Positions 23,790-37,050 of a stretch of 64,000 nucleotides of DNA are shown piece by piece (the first letter of the stretch is position 1; each line of letters starts with the position of its first letter). The translations under genes were made by a program, and so were the position numbers. The notes under the pieces were generated by a model. That model saw only the letters and a program-made list of their open reading frames with translations. It was not told where the DNA came from and searched no databases. Location of the stretch: positions 13,388,123 through 13,452,122 of the forward strand of contig NC_057736.1 in NCBI RefSeq assembly GCF_004010195.1, read 5' to 3'. Source of the DNA: Chiloscyllium plagiosum. Its lineage: Eukaryota.

Positions 23790-26160
23790 AAAATAAATTT
23801 ATTTCAAGTGAAAGAGGATAATCCAGGAAAGAGTAGGGCCCATTAGTGACCAAGATGGGCAATCTGTGCTTGGAGCCAGAGGACATTGGTAGGGTGTTAA
23901 ATGAGTAGTTCACATCGGTCTTCACTCTGCAGGAGGAGGATAGGGAAGCAAAATTTAGGAAGAGGAGCTAAGATTTTTGAGCACTTTGTCATAGGGCGTA
24001 AGGAGGTATTGGAGTTTTGCTGGCTTTAAGGTTGACAAATCCCCAAGTCCGGATGAGTTGTATCCCAGCTGCTTTGGGAGACAAGGGAAGAAATTGCAGG
24101 GGTTCTGAGCTGAATTTTTAATTCCCGTATGGCCACAGAGGAGATAACACAGAAGTAAAGAGCAGCTAATATAGTTTCACTTTTCAAGAAGGGTGGTAGA
24201 GATAAACCAGGGAATTACAGATGAGTGAGTCATAGATCAGTAGAAGGGAAATTATTGGAGAATTAATCTCCACTTGGAAAGGCAGGGTTTGATCAGGTAT
24301 AGCCAGCAATCCTTTCTGAGAGAGAGGTTGTGTGTCACATATTTTATTGAATTTTTAGAGATGACTAGTTGTGTAGATGAAGGTATACAGTTGATGTAAT
24401 TTTTATGGGTTTTAACAGAGCTTTTGATGAGGTCCGACATGGAAGAGTGATAAGAAGGGGTCCACGGTAATTTGGCATGTTGGATCCAAAATTGGCTTAG
24501 TGGTAGAAGACAGAGGGTGATGGTAGAAGGCTGTTTGTATGACTGGAGGCTCTTGTCCAGTGGTGTACTGTTACGACACGGGGTAAACTCTCCTGCTTAA
24601 TTTAAAACCAGCAACACAGAAAAGAGATATCCCATGCAGTAATCTGTGAAAATTCGAGTGGCCAAGAACTATGTAAAGTAAAAATTAACAACTTTATTTC
24701 TTAAAGTATATCAGAGAATGATTAACTAACCACTATTTACAATTTCTTTCTCAAACTTATCGTTTACCTTCCCTTCTATAATTCTAATCTAATAAAACTC
24801 CCAATTAAGATTGACAAAACAGCACTTATCTCAAAACCAGGTAGCTGTAGGTTCTTGACTTTGGATCTTCCTGTATCATCTTTTCTCCTTGGTAGGAATT
24901 TCTGTGTCACAGGTTACTGATTGAAAAGGTACTTTTAAGAGATTTTTTTCAAGCAGTCTGCTACATGCTAGGACTTGGCAGTTCTCCTCTCAACTGTTTT
25001 TTCCACAGTCTTATACCCCAGAGCATCGGATTGTGTCATTGGCTTTTAAGATTGTCAATGTACTCAGTTTAAACTTTATTGGAAATTGGTATTTTTTCGG
25101 GGTATAATTTAAACTGATTAGCTGAATTCAAATTTGTTTTTGTCTCCAGCATTGAACTAATAGAGTTGTTCGAATCAGTGTTACATTGTTGTGTTATTGA
25201 GAGCGCTTGGTTCTGTGTCCGGTAGTTTTGCTGCTTTTAACTCTCTTAAAGGTACACTCCTATCTTCACAACAGTACCACAGGGATCATTGCTGTACCCC
25301 TGCAGGGGCATGATAAGTAAGTTTGCGGATGACGTAAAGTTTGGCTGGGTGTTTGACTGTGAGGAGGAAAATATTAGGTTACAGAAGGATGTAGAGAGAT
25401 TGGGCAGATCGGTGGCATATTGAATTTAACCCGGACAACTTTGGAAGATGTAACAGGAAAACTCTCAATGAATAATAGGATAGTAGAATGCTTAGAGGAA
25501 TCTTCGTTGCTTGTCCGAAGATCCTTAAAGGCAGCAGTTCTAGTTGAGGAAACATGGGACACTTGCCTTTATCAGTTGGGCATAGATTATAAGAGCAGGA
25601 AGGTTATCTTGGAGCTGTGTAAGATTTTGTCTCAACTGTAGTACTGTTGGCAGTCCAGCCACAGCACTATAGGAAGAATGTAATTGTACTGGAAGGGGTG
25701 CAAAGGAGGTTCACCAGGATTGCCTGGGTTTTAGCAGTTTAGCTATGAAGAGAGACTTGGACAATCTTGGGTTGCTTTCTTTGAAGCAGATAAGACTGAG
25801 AGGAGACCTGATTAAGGTGTTTAAAATTGTGGGTCATGGACAGGGTGGATCGATAGCTGCTGTTTCCCTTCCGTGAAGGATCACAAACAAGCATAATTTT
25901 AGACTGAAAGGCAGGTGATTTAAAGTGGACTTGAAGGGGCACAAAATATCCACCCAGAGGATGGTGGGAATCTGGAATGTAGTGCCTGAGAGGGTAGTTG
26001 AGGCAGGCAAAAAAAATCTTGGATGAGCATGTGAAATATCATAACATTTCAAGGCTATGGGCCAAATGCTGGGAAGTGGCAGTGTAGGTTGAGGGTAGCT
26101 TTTTATTGAAGCAGACTCAATGGGCTAAAGGGTCTCTTCCACAATGCATGATTCTCTGAT
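23790..26160 (+). mobile_element. Degenerate CR1 LINE split by a solo LTR
   Basis: RT-like DNA resumes across the LTR (agtggtgtac...cacagggatc); 3' gattctctgat end. Confidence 0.8.
24569..25273 (-). mobile_element. Solo LTR (705 bp)
   Basis: TGTT...AACA termini, 4-bp TSD GTAC at 24565-24568 and 25274-25277; minus-strand CCAAT, TATAA, AATAAA in the expected order. Confidence 0.8.
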
Positions 26161-26604
26161 AATAGTGTAGGCAACTATTTTATATATAAGATTTTTTTTG
26201 GAGTGAAATTAATTGATTTGGTCACTGTTAACAATCTGGATTTTCAGTATCTTTCTCAAAACTTGGAGCTTATTTAAACATTTTTGAGAAGAAATTTATT
26301 TTCAATAGGCTACATATTAGGAAATATAATGTAGCAGTTGAAATCTAGTTCTAACTGGACAGTGCAAACAGCTACCCACAGTTAATCTTGATATCTTTGC
26401 ACCCAGTGTTTACAAGCATTATCTTCCAATGAGTTTAAAATTGTAGGATGCTAATTTGTATGGGAGAAACAGTCACCATTTGAACAAACTTATTACATTG
26501 ATAGATAAAATTCATCAATGGACATGTGTACTCAATGAAGGGAGTGTCACATAGAGTAAAAAAAACCCTGCAATATATAAGAAGTTGAAATCATTTTCTT
26601 ATGG

Positions 26605-26889
26605 TTAGATTACTTAGTGTGGAAACACGCCCTTCGGCCCAACAAGTCCACACGGATCTGCCGAAGCGTATCCCAACCAGACCCATTCCCCTACGTTTAC
26701 CCCTTCACCTAACGCTACAGGCAATTTAGCATGGCCAATTCACCTAACCTGCACATTTTTGGAGGAAAAACACGCAGACACTGGGAGAATGTGCAAACTC
26801 CACACACAGTCGCCTGAGGCGGGAATTGAACCCGGGTCTTTGGTGCTGCGAGGCAGCAGTGCTAGCCACTGTGCTACCGTGCCACCGTG
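26605..26889 (-). mobile_element. tRNA-derived SINE (HE1-like)
   Basis: Reverse complement A/B boxes (ggttcaattccc) and CR1-like tail. Confidence 0.88.
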
Positions 26890-28029
26890 TGGGAGTGGTA
26901 GTTTGAGTATCTAAAATGCTGATGCATAATGAATCATTGATGATAAATCCAAGAAGGCATTTGCCAATTTACAAAGCACAATAATTTAAGGGATTGTTTT
27001 GTTAATTGATGACTATTGTGAATGGGGTTTAATGGTAACATACATAACTGTAGGGTTTGGATTATTTAGTGAAGAGAAATTAAGAAAATAAGGCTATGGC
27101 CCCTTAACGTATTAAATGAGTTAGTGTTAAATCTAATATTTGAACATTAGTGAACATTAATTAATAGATTGATTTATTATATAGATAGTTTTTGGAAAAA
27201 CATGTTAGAAAAATCAGACTGGTTCCAACTATTTGCAGATGTCATTCTATTCAGCACCTCAAATGAATTTCATAGTCCATATTCCTTTCATCACGAAGAC
27301 TGTTTATTGCCATCTCTGTCATGCCATCTATCTCCTACCCCACCTCACCTGTCACTGAAACCCAAGCGACCTTGTCACCTCCAGTTTTGACTGTTCCACT
27401 GCTCTCCTGGTTCCTAGTGCATTGATCCCATCTCTTCAGCTCGCTGTTGGCTACCATGACTTTAACCATCTAGGCTTCACATCCTTTAATTTACATTCTG
27501 GACCTTCTGTCTTTTCACCAACCAATTTTCCTTTTCTGGGAAAAAGAAATGGTTTTGGTCACTCCTCCTGAAATCCTTTGGTTGTTATACTCTGATTGCA
27601 TCTCTATGAAATGCTTTTGGACATTTCCCTACATTAAAGGTACTATATAAACTTTAGTTGTTGTGCAAACTTTGTACCGTACCCATGCTTCAGACTGTAC
27701 AATGTGGGTTTGCCCTATGTGGGTTGGTTTGTAACAAAGTACTGAAATAACAAAGCATGCTTATTACAACAGAAAGTGATGAAGCACATTAGGCATTAAT
27801 TAGGTATTAATCAATTTGTTTCCAATTTATTGGCTTGTATTATAGTATAATTATATTTACCTGTTATGGCATTTTGTTTATTGATTATGCATCAACTGAA
27901 TTGATTATGGTTGTCCTAATTTTTACTGGAATTGTCTGAGTTCATCTACTTGAATTGTCTTAAGTGTTTTGGGAGGTGGCTGGGGGGGTGGGAGGGGAAT
28001 GAGGAGAATGGTGGAGTGCAGTAGTGGCA

Positions 28030-28340
28030 ATGCCCTAGTAGTGTTATCATTGGACTGTTAATCCAGAGACCCTGGTAATGTTCTGGGGATCCAGGTTTGA
28101 ATCCTACCGTTGCAGATGGTGGAATTTAAATTCAATGAAAAATCTGGAATTAAGAGTTTAATCATGACCATGAATCCATGAACCCATCTAGATTACCAAC
28201 GCCATTTAGGGAGGGAAACTGCCATCCTTACCTGGTCTGGCGTATGTGTGACGACACCCACAGCAATGTGGTTCACTCTTAACTATCCTCTGGGATGGGC
28301 AATAAATACTGGCCTAGCCAGTGGCACTCTCTTCCTGTGA
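28030..28340 (+). mobile_element. tRNA-derived SINE of a second family
   Basis: B-box-like ggtttgaatcc; tail ggatgggcaataaatactggcctagccag shared with the LINE end at 57183-57250. Confidence 0.7.
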
Positions 28341-28643
28341 ATAATGTTTTTAAAAAAGTCACCTAAATGATCTACTGATGAATGGATGTCAGACGATTCC
28401 TCACAGTAAATAGAAAATTAATAGAAGTTGGGAAGGGAGTAAACATCTTATTCCAGGACTACCATCATAGAAGTCATTTGTGTTGTATTCATTCAGATTG
28501 AGGTCTGGTGGAGAGTCAGTAGCCAGTAGGTGGAATATTAATTAACAGATTTTAAGTAGTGTTTTTGTACTGTCTGTCTTTTAAACTATGACATTGGCAT
28601 GTTAACTTTTGCAATATTTGAATATACTTTGCTCTTCTCATAG

Positions 28644-28738
28644 TTTGATCAACAATTGGAAAAGCGATCTGAAAAATTGGACTCTGTGGTAGAGCTTAAG
28701 ATTCAAGATGACTTGCTGATAAGCAGAATCTGTGGCAG
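28644..28738 (+). CDS. AK2: Adenylate kinase 2, coding exon 4
   Basis: FDQQLEKRSEKLDSVVELKIQDDLLISRICG+AG, 95 nt; catag / gtaata. Confidence 0.95.
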
Positions 28739-29656
28739 GTAATAATTTTTTACTTGTTCATTGACAGGTTTGTTGCGTGATTTGTTTTACTCGATTAGCT
28801 GCAATTTGGATGATAGTTGGATTTTCACAATTACTTAACAAATTCAGCAAACACTGTTTTTAACTCTACCCTCTTTTTAGCCTACTGTACAAAGCCAATT
28901 CTAGTGTCCCATTTGGGAATGTTAAAGGATCCATTAGTTGCAGCTGTTTCCTTTGCTGACCATGGCTATCACCAGTAGGTCCACCTTATTAAGTTTGCAC
29001 TACTGTCAGTTCCAAACATTACTCCACAGGATCATAGTGCCTGTCTTTCTCTCTTTATCATGTTATGGCAGACAGTATAGAAGTAAAATTTAGTGGGGAG
29101 GAGTGGATTTCATGTGACAAAATTTTGCTTTTGTAAAAAATAAGTTTCTAAGACTAAATTTTAGTCAAAAAATAAGAGTTCAACTTTTACAAAGTTTATA
29201 CAGAGCAAGGAATTATCATTTGAATGTGTATAAGAATTAGCAACCAGAATTAAGCAGTATATGTGTCCATTAAATTTTTGGGGTGTGTTAATACAAAAAA
29301 GCTTAAGATTTTTAAAGGAGCTACCATACTTTATATCTCAATTCAGATCAAGAATGTCTGTCTAATGGATACATGCAGCCTGCATTGAACTTGAATTGAA
29401 ATAAGAGTCTTTGGTTGATAAAAGTATTACTACTTTGTACCTTATTCAATTTAGCACCCCTGTTCCATTGGAGAACCTAATAGTGTTGAACCGTTTAGCT
29501 ATGAAGAGAAACTGGATAAGTTTGGGTTGCTTTCTCTGAAGCAGAGAAAACTGAGGGGACCTAATTAAGGTGTATAAGATAGCGGGGCATGGACAGGGTG
29601 GATAGAAAGCAGTTGTTCATTAAGCCTACTTAATGTTACCAAACTATTAAATGTAA

Positions 29657-29920
<264 letters not shown>

Positions 29921-31293
29921 TGAGTTATTTCAAATTATGTATTCTGACGTATAAAAATGTTTCTCAAAATTAAAAATTTTTATGTGCATCTTACTGGTGT
30001 AAAATGAGAGTGCAGCAATCTCACAGTCTACAGACTCAGCAGGTCTTCAAAACAAATATGTTCAAATAAAGGAAATAAATTTTCGAGCATTAATGGGTGT
30101 AGTTATCTCAGTTGGCTTCTGACTCACTTGCAATTAACAAATTCTTTGTTTGTAGATACAATAAAACTAGTTTAATAGTATCTTTGTGGTTGCCTTCAGG
30201 TATCTAATGCTTGGGCTTCTTAAGTGTATATTCATCAGATTAAAATGGGGCTTTGTGTAGGAGTGTACTCATTTTGATGTACCCCTTCAACAGCTTATTC
30301 CATTGCTTTGAGAAGCTGTGTAGATATAGAGGTGGGTAGAGGGGCACTTCCCACTCCAAACTCAACAGGCTTAAAATTCAGAATTAGTTTAAAATCCTCT
30401 ACTTGCAAAACTACATCCACAATGTATGCCCCTAATATAACTTCTTCCAAAGAGATTGGGGACTGTTGCCTGTTCCTGCTTTTATTTTGCGAGGTATTAA
30501 GAAAAATAAATCTAAATATCTCAGACTTGTAACCTCTGCCAAAAATTACTTGTGTAAGCTTAGATAATAAAATTCCTTTACTCCAAACATCCTTCCATAC
30601 AATTCATGGAAGGTTCTTGACAGTTAAATAAATCTTGCATCAGTTTCAGTATTGAAGATCGACTAAGTGTTGCACCTTGTTATTTTTGTACCTGGGTGAT
30701 GGCAAGTTAAAAGCCTGCATTAAAAAAAATCAGCCCACTGTATTGACTTTTAGCTACTAGCCATGAATTTTCATTTATAACACTGGCTTCATAGTCTGGG
30801 TGGAAGGCTGTTTCTGGAAAACCTTTCAGAATGTAAGGACTCAAAAACTTTTTCTATAAATATAGTGGTAACATTATTTCTTTTCAACCCTGGGCAATAT
30901 TGTGCTGACAAAGTCTCATTTCAATTTGTATGAAGCAAGTTTTCCCTTGTGGGTGTAACTTCTGCAGAGTATGAAAATAACTGATAAAATCAAAAGATTG
31001 TAATGGGTGTTCTCTAAACAATCCAGTTCCTTTGTGTATAAATTGGAAGTGACCTGCAATTGACTGCATGAAGGAAGAGATTTTAAAGGCAAACATATGC
31101 TTCGATTAATGTCTCCAAATTTTTTCAAGTTTGTATTTTTTACTGGCGTGTAGATTGTGATGGACAAATTGTTGTCTCTCACCCCAAATTGTGTATGCGT
31201 GCTACTATATTAGAAGAATTATCTTTGAGTGTTCTGAGATTCATTTTGTGCAATGTGGTTACTACTTAATATATTGTTTGTTTCTATTCGAAG

Positions 31294-31515
31294 GTAACCG
31301 GTGAACCTTTGCTAAAACGTTCAGATGACAATGAAGAAACATTAAAATCTCGTCTTTCTGCTTACCACACCCAAACCAAACCCCTCATTACATATTACCA
31401 AAAGAAAGGGCTCCTTACAGCTGTTGATGCCACACAGCCTCCTGATGTTGTTTTTTCTACTATTCTAGCTGCATTCAGTGGAGCTGCATGTAAGGACCTG
31501 GTTATGTTTGTTTGA
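31294..31515 (+). CDS. AK2: Adenylate kinase 2, coding exon 6 (AK2A-type C-terminus)
   Basis: [28 protein letters not shown]...[10 protein letters not shown]; total CDS 726 nt, 241 aa. Confidence 0.96.
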   Translation, partial: VTGEPLLKRSDDNEETLKSRLSAYHTQTKPLITYYQKKGLLTAVDATQPPDVVFSTILAAFSGAACKDLVMFV

Positions 31516-32750
31516 TTTGTTTATATGCTGCCAGATTTAATTTAATCTACTGCATTATTTACAGGTAATTTCTAATCTTAAGTTTTATTTTGGGTAATGT
31601 GATCATGACAGTTGTTAAGAGGTAATTTGGAAGGATGAAGAAACTCATCCCCTTGACTTTAGCTTTATTATCACTACATTTTCAAAAATATTTAAAAGAA
31701 ATATCTATCAAAAAGCGCTAAAGATTGCATTTGGTACCTCAGCAAGTCTGGTTGTTGCAGCCTATCATTTTCACTTGTTGCTATTTTAACAAGGTCTCTG
31801 ATGTTGAAATAGCTTGATTTGCCAGTTGGTCAATTCAGATCCAGTTTTTCTGATTCAAAGCCAGTCTTTCCAAATGAAACTGGTTAATCTGTAATTTCTA
31901 GTTGGTGCTTCAACTTCCATAAAAGAATCATAACGTTTAATGCATTCTGAGTTTAAAATGTAGCTAAAATGTAAAAGTGATTTACTATCAAATTTAACAA
32001 GCTGTGTTCTCTCTGTGGTCAAATGCAATTGACAACATTGCATTTAGTCTGCATTACACTGTCTAATCTGATTTGACAACATTTGAGTGCACATGTTAAA
32101 AAGAAATCATTTTTCAAGTAAGTAGTGGATTGGGAATTCATTTACAGGAATTAATCAATTCAGTGTGTCAGATCGCAAATTGTCTTAAGTTATGGTATCC
32201 TCTGCATCTGTCAGTTTGAATTGAAAATGGATCATTCTGGTTTAGTTATTCTAAACGTTAAATTAGAAATTAGTTATTCCTTGGGGGAAATAGTATTTGA
32301 TACTACATTATTAAATGGAATCATTAATGTTCTGTGAAAAATTCAGCTCAGTAAATTTTAAAATGTATAAAATCAACATCTAAACCTATTAACCTGTCAA
32401 AATTATGATGTTTATTTCTGTTGCCTTTTTCTGTTTCCTGTTTGGGTTATCTCAGAGGTCAGAATTTCCCAACAATGAGCTGCCCTCTTTTCTCCTTTGA
32501 TAACTGGCACTATTCTTTGACTGTTTACAGACTTATAAAATTTATTTCACTTTAAATAACATTTCTGAATGAAAAATCTATCATGCTGCAAACTAATACT
32601 CTTTATTTCTGTCAAGGATTTTTACTTTGAATATCTATGCCTATTCCTCAGCACACTGATCTCTTGTTTTTCTGCCCTTAAACATTTTGCTTCTGAGAAT
32701 TATGGATAACTGGTGGCCTACAAAGTCAGCATAATATACTGATCAGAAAA

Positions 32751-32756
32751 AATAAA
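32751..32756 (+). terminator. Candidate polyadenylation signal of the AK2A 3'UTR
   Basis: AATAAA within the repeat-free AT-rich region after the stop codon. Confidence 0.4.
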
Positions 32757-33379
32757 CCTTTTTATAGTAACTAAATGAATGAAATGGTGAGTACAACTTA
32801 CTGCTGAAAATGGGTTTATTTTCGTTTGAAGTGCTAAGAAACAACTATACATTATTAGTTACAAAGTAGATTGCACAGTTGTACAAGGGGGCCTTCGTTC
32901 TTCATGTAATGTTGTCTAATGCTATGAAGCAATTGTCCAAAGTAAAATTAATGAAAATTAGGATTACTTCTATTTCAAAAAGCAGTAGGATATCCTTTTC
33001 TCATTCTGTGAGGGTCAATGAAAGTGTGTCTAGGATTTAAAATTAGTATTCTACAATTCATCATCATGTATTTTATAATTATGTAGTTGCACCTGAGTTT
33101 CTACTGACTAGACTAGCTCTTGATTGTCCCATGGTGTGTTGCTAATGATTGACCTATAGGCCTTTTGATTTGTTTTAAATGTTCTTTCAAAGCCCAGTGA
33201 ATATTTTCATAGTTGTTTTAAGTTTTGTATTTCTAAGAAAACTTTGAAGTGAATGTAATGGCAGGCCATTTCAGTTTTGTATTGTTTGAGATGCCACTTA
33301 CTCACATTTCTAATTTGTTTATAATTTGTTTGCACTTTTATAGACTGAATCCAGAAGTAATCAATTTTTTAAAAACTGG

Positions 33380-34600
33380 TAAAACAAGCAGGCTTTCAGC
33401 AAATGTGGAGAGAGATTCAGGGGGAACGTTCAATTTGATTAGCCCTATATCAAAGCTTGAAAAATATTATTGACATAGCAAGTTTTAAACAAGTGCCGAA
33501 GTGAATATGAGGGAAAGAATAAAGCAAGATAAATTGAATGATAAACAGGTTGATGGATTGGTACTAGGCAAAAAGATGATAATGGGGGAATTAAACACGT
33601 TGGATCTGGTGTAGGTGTAACGAGGAATAGCAAAATTAATAACCAAGGCTGCCATTCAGAACAGTGGGGGAGAGGTTAGGATCTAAAATGGTTGAACTTG
33701 TTGTTGAGTCCAGAAGGCTATAAAGTGCCTAATTGAAAGGTGAGTTGCTATTTCTTGAATTTAGTGTTCCTTTGGGGGTATTAGAGGGTGGGGTGGAGAA
33801 AAGAGATCAGAGTTGGAAGGACAATTTAAATGACAGATGATCAGAAGCTCAAAATTCTGCTACTGGATTGGGTAGAGAAGTTCTGTAAGTTGGTCATCCA
33901 GTCTACATTTAGTCTCTAATGTAGAGGTGACTACATTTGAATAGTGAATACATATTTTACTTGTGCATCTTTCTATTTAATATAACTATTTCAGCTGGTA
34001 GGTGGGTTGTGATGCTATTTGTAGGAAGTCATGAGATAAGACAATTGTTACATCTTTGTAGATGTGTGGGGGGATAAAGTGGGAAGGGGAATGGTTTTTG
34101 ATGTTCAACAGAGTAAACCCAAGAATGGCAGTGTGAACAATTCCTTTAGAATTCTGAAAGAAGTAGGGACCATGGATTTTGTGATGCATCAAGCTAGGGC
34201 TGTTAGAACTTGCAGAGGATAATCTATTGTGTGGTTTGTATTGTGGAAAGTGGGGAAATGGAAAAGTGTGTCATATATCTAGGTGGGAGAGGAAAGGGTG
34301 AAAGCAGAAGTGCAAGGAAATGTCATGGTTGAGATAGTTGGCACCCATCGTGGAGAGGGATCCTTGGTCAAGGAACATATATTGGTTACTTTGATACAAA
34401 AGGTGGCATTGAGAGACAAAATGCAAGAAGGTGGAAGAAACTGGGAGAATGGAATAGAGTCCTCTCAAGTTGTAGGATGAGACAAAGTGTAGCACAGAGC
34501 TGTGGGAATCAATTAATTCAGACAATATGGATTCTGCTTGTCCCCAGAAATGGAGCCAGAGATGTCAAGGAAGAGAAATGTCAGATCAATCCAGACATCT
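33380..34600 (-). mobile_element. Highly decayed Penelope-like fragment
   Basis: Similarity to 15825-16590 (gttgagtccagaaggct, gaaactgggagaatggaat). Confidence 0.6.
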
Positions 34601-34703
34601 TAAAGCTAGATTCTGAACTGTATACATCACCAATAAATGGTGCAGGTTTCTAACCTGCATTGTGTCCTTCAACCCTGCAAAGTTGGGGCTAAATTGGCTG
34701 TGC

Positions 34704-35203
34704 NNNNNNNNNNNNNNNNNNNNNNNNNNNNNNNNNNNNNNNNNNNNNNNNNNNNNNNNNNNNNNNNNNNNNNNNNNNNNNNNNNNNNNNNNNNNNNNNN
34801 NNNNNNNNNNNNNNNNNNNNNNNNNNNNNNNNNNNNNNNNNNNNNNNNNNNNNNNNNNNNNNNNNNNNNNNNNNNNNNNNNNNNNNNNNNNNNNNNNNNN
34901 NNNNNNNNNNNNNNNNNNNNNNNNNNNNNNNNNNNNNNNNNNNNNNNNNNNNNNNNNNNNNNNNNNNNNNNNNNNNNNNNNNNNNNNNNNNNNNNNNNNN
35001 NNNNNNNNNNNNNNNNNNNNNNNNNNNNNNNNNNNNNNNNNNNNNNNNNNNNNNNNNNNNNNNNNNNNNNNNNNNNNNNNNNNNNNNNNNNNNNNNNNNN
35101 NNNNNNNNNNNNNNNNNNNNNNNNNNNNNNNNNNNNNNNNNNNNNNNNNNNNNNNNNNNNNNNNNNNNNNNNNNNNNNNNNNNNNNNNNNNNNNNNNNNN
35201 NNN
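34704..35203. other. Assembly gap (N run)
   Basis: 500 n. Confidence 1.
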
Positions 35204-37050
35204 TTGGGTTGGGATATTGGTCGGCATGGACGGGTTAGACCAAAGGGTCTGTTTCCATGTTGTACATCTCTGTGACTCTACAATCAGCCATGGAGAATGC
35301 ATTCTTCTCATGACTCCTTTCCATATCTCCTTAAACATTTTTCACTGCATTTTTATTGTCCTACCTTTTCATTTAGTTTCCAACTTCTCTTTTGCTGGTT
35401 CTGCTTTTATCTCCTTACCACATTTTTATTCAGGTTTAAAGCACTTGTCATAGACCTACACTTCTCTTAAAATGGAATGTAATCTTTTGGAAATGTTAAA
35501 TGTACTTCAATATTCAGGTCCCAGTTTTGGTCACCCTGCCACTGTTATCTCAGTAATGGCTATTGGATAATATATAGAAACTTTAGTTATGAGGGTAGAT
35601 TGAAGATGTTGGGACTACTCTTACAGAGAAGAACATTAGGAGGCAATTTCCAGAGGCTTTCAAAATCATGACTGGGGTGGACAGAGTAGGTGGGAAGAAA
35701 TTGTTCCTGCTTGTAAAAGAAGAAAGAACAAAAGAACATAGATTTAAAGTAATTTTCAAAAGAAGCAAGGGTGTTATGAGAAAAATCTTTTTCACTCAGC
35801 AAGTAGTTAAGATATAGAATGCACTGCCTGAAAATGTGATAGAGGTGAGTTCAGTTAAGGCATTCAAAAGGGCACTGTACAATTTGGTTATAAATAATGT
35901 GCAAATGTATCAGGGAGGAGAAAGCAGGAGCTTGGCAATAGGTAGTAATGCTCATTTAAAGATCCGGGGCAAGCATGATATACTGAATGGCCCCCTACTT
36001 AAGACTTCTGTAGTTTATTTTTATCTAATAGCAATTTATTCATTTTACAAATCCACACACACAGATACAGAGCCTTTCATTCTGACTCTTTACCATAACC
36101 TCTGATTTTTCTGCTAGTGCACTATTAATTTTGTATTTTTAGCCTCTCATAAGGGGCATAATTTTAAGGAAGGTTTAGAGACGATTTCAGCGGTAGGTTC
36201 TTTACACGGAGTGGTGAGTGCGTGGAATGCACTGCCAGTAATGGCAGTAGAGTCAGATACATTAGGAACATTTAAGCAACTCTTGGATAGGCACTTGGAA
36301 GATAGTACAAAGAAGGGTAATTAGGTTAGAAGGCCAGCCCAACATCGAGGGCTGTACTGTTACTGTCACACTTTGGTTATCATTATCTAATTCACTACCC
36401 TATTCTCTTACTTCATTGTTTCCTTTTGATCTATCAAATTTCCTGTTTCACGGTCCCTTCCCATCAGTATTTATTTCAAAGTCCTCACTACTGCCCAGTT
36501 CTTTGACTTACCAGAACACTGGCCTCAGCACGATTTTGGTGAAGTCTAGCCCGAAATGACAGCTTCCTCTTTATCCAGTGCCCCATAAGTTGAAACCCAT
36601 TTGTCCCATGCTAGTCTTTGAGGTATGCATTCATTTCTCTAATGTGAATTAGTCTACATTATTTTACTTGTGGCTTAAGACTCAACTTTCTACTTTATCC
36701 CCTAACTGTTTGTAATCCCTAAGCAGGACCTCTTGCCTAGTCCTGTTTATGCTGGTGATATCCCATGGCCCAGAGCAACTGGATCTTCCCTTTAACGGTG
36801 TAAGTTCTTCTCCAGTTCAGAACTGATGACCCAATCCCTGTCACCGGCAGGCAATACAACCTAGACTCCTGCTGTCAGCTGTGGAGAATGATCTTCCTAA
36901 CATGCCCCATACGACACCACAGTCCTAATAGCCCTTACTTGAATGGCTTCTTGTACCATGGAACCATGGTGTATTTACAAGCTACCAGAACTTCAAACCT
37001 GTTGGACAATTGCAAAACCTGAGACAACTCCACTTCTTGGTCTTATTTAT
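35204..37050. mobile_element. CR1 fragments: 3' ends at 35204-35285, 35585-36010, 36150-36360 (+) and an ORF1-like fragment at about 36500-37050 (-)
   Basis: Similarity to CR1 3' ends elsewhere in the window. Confidence 0.6.
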
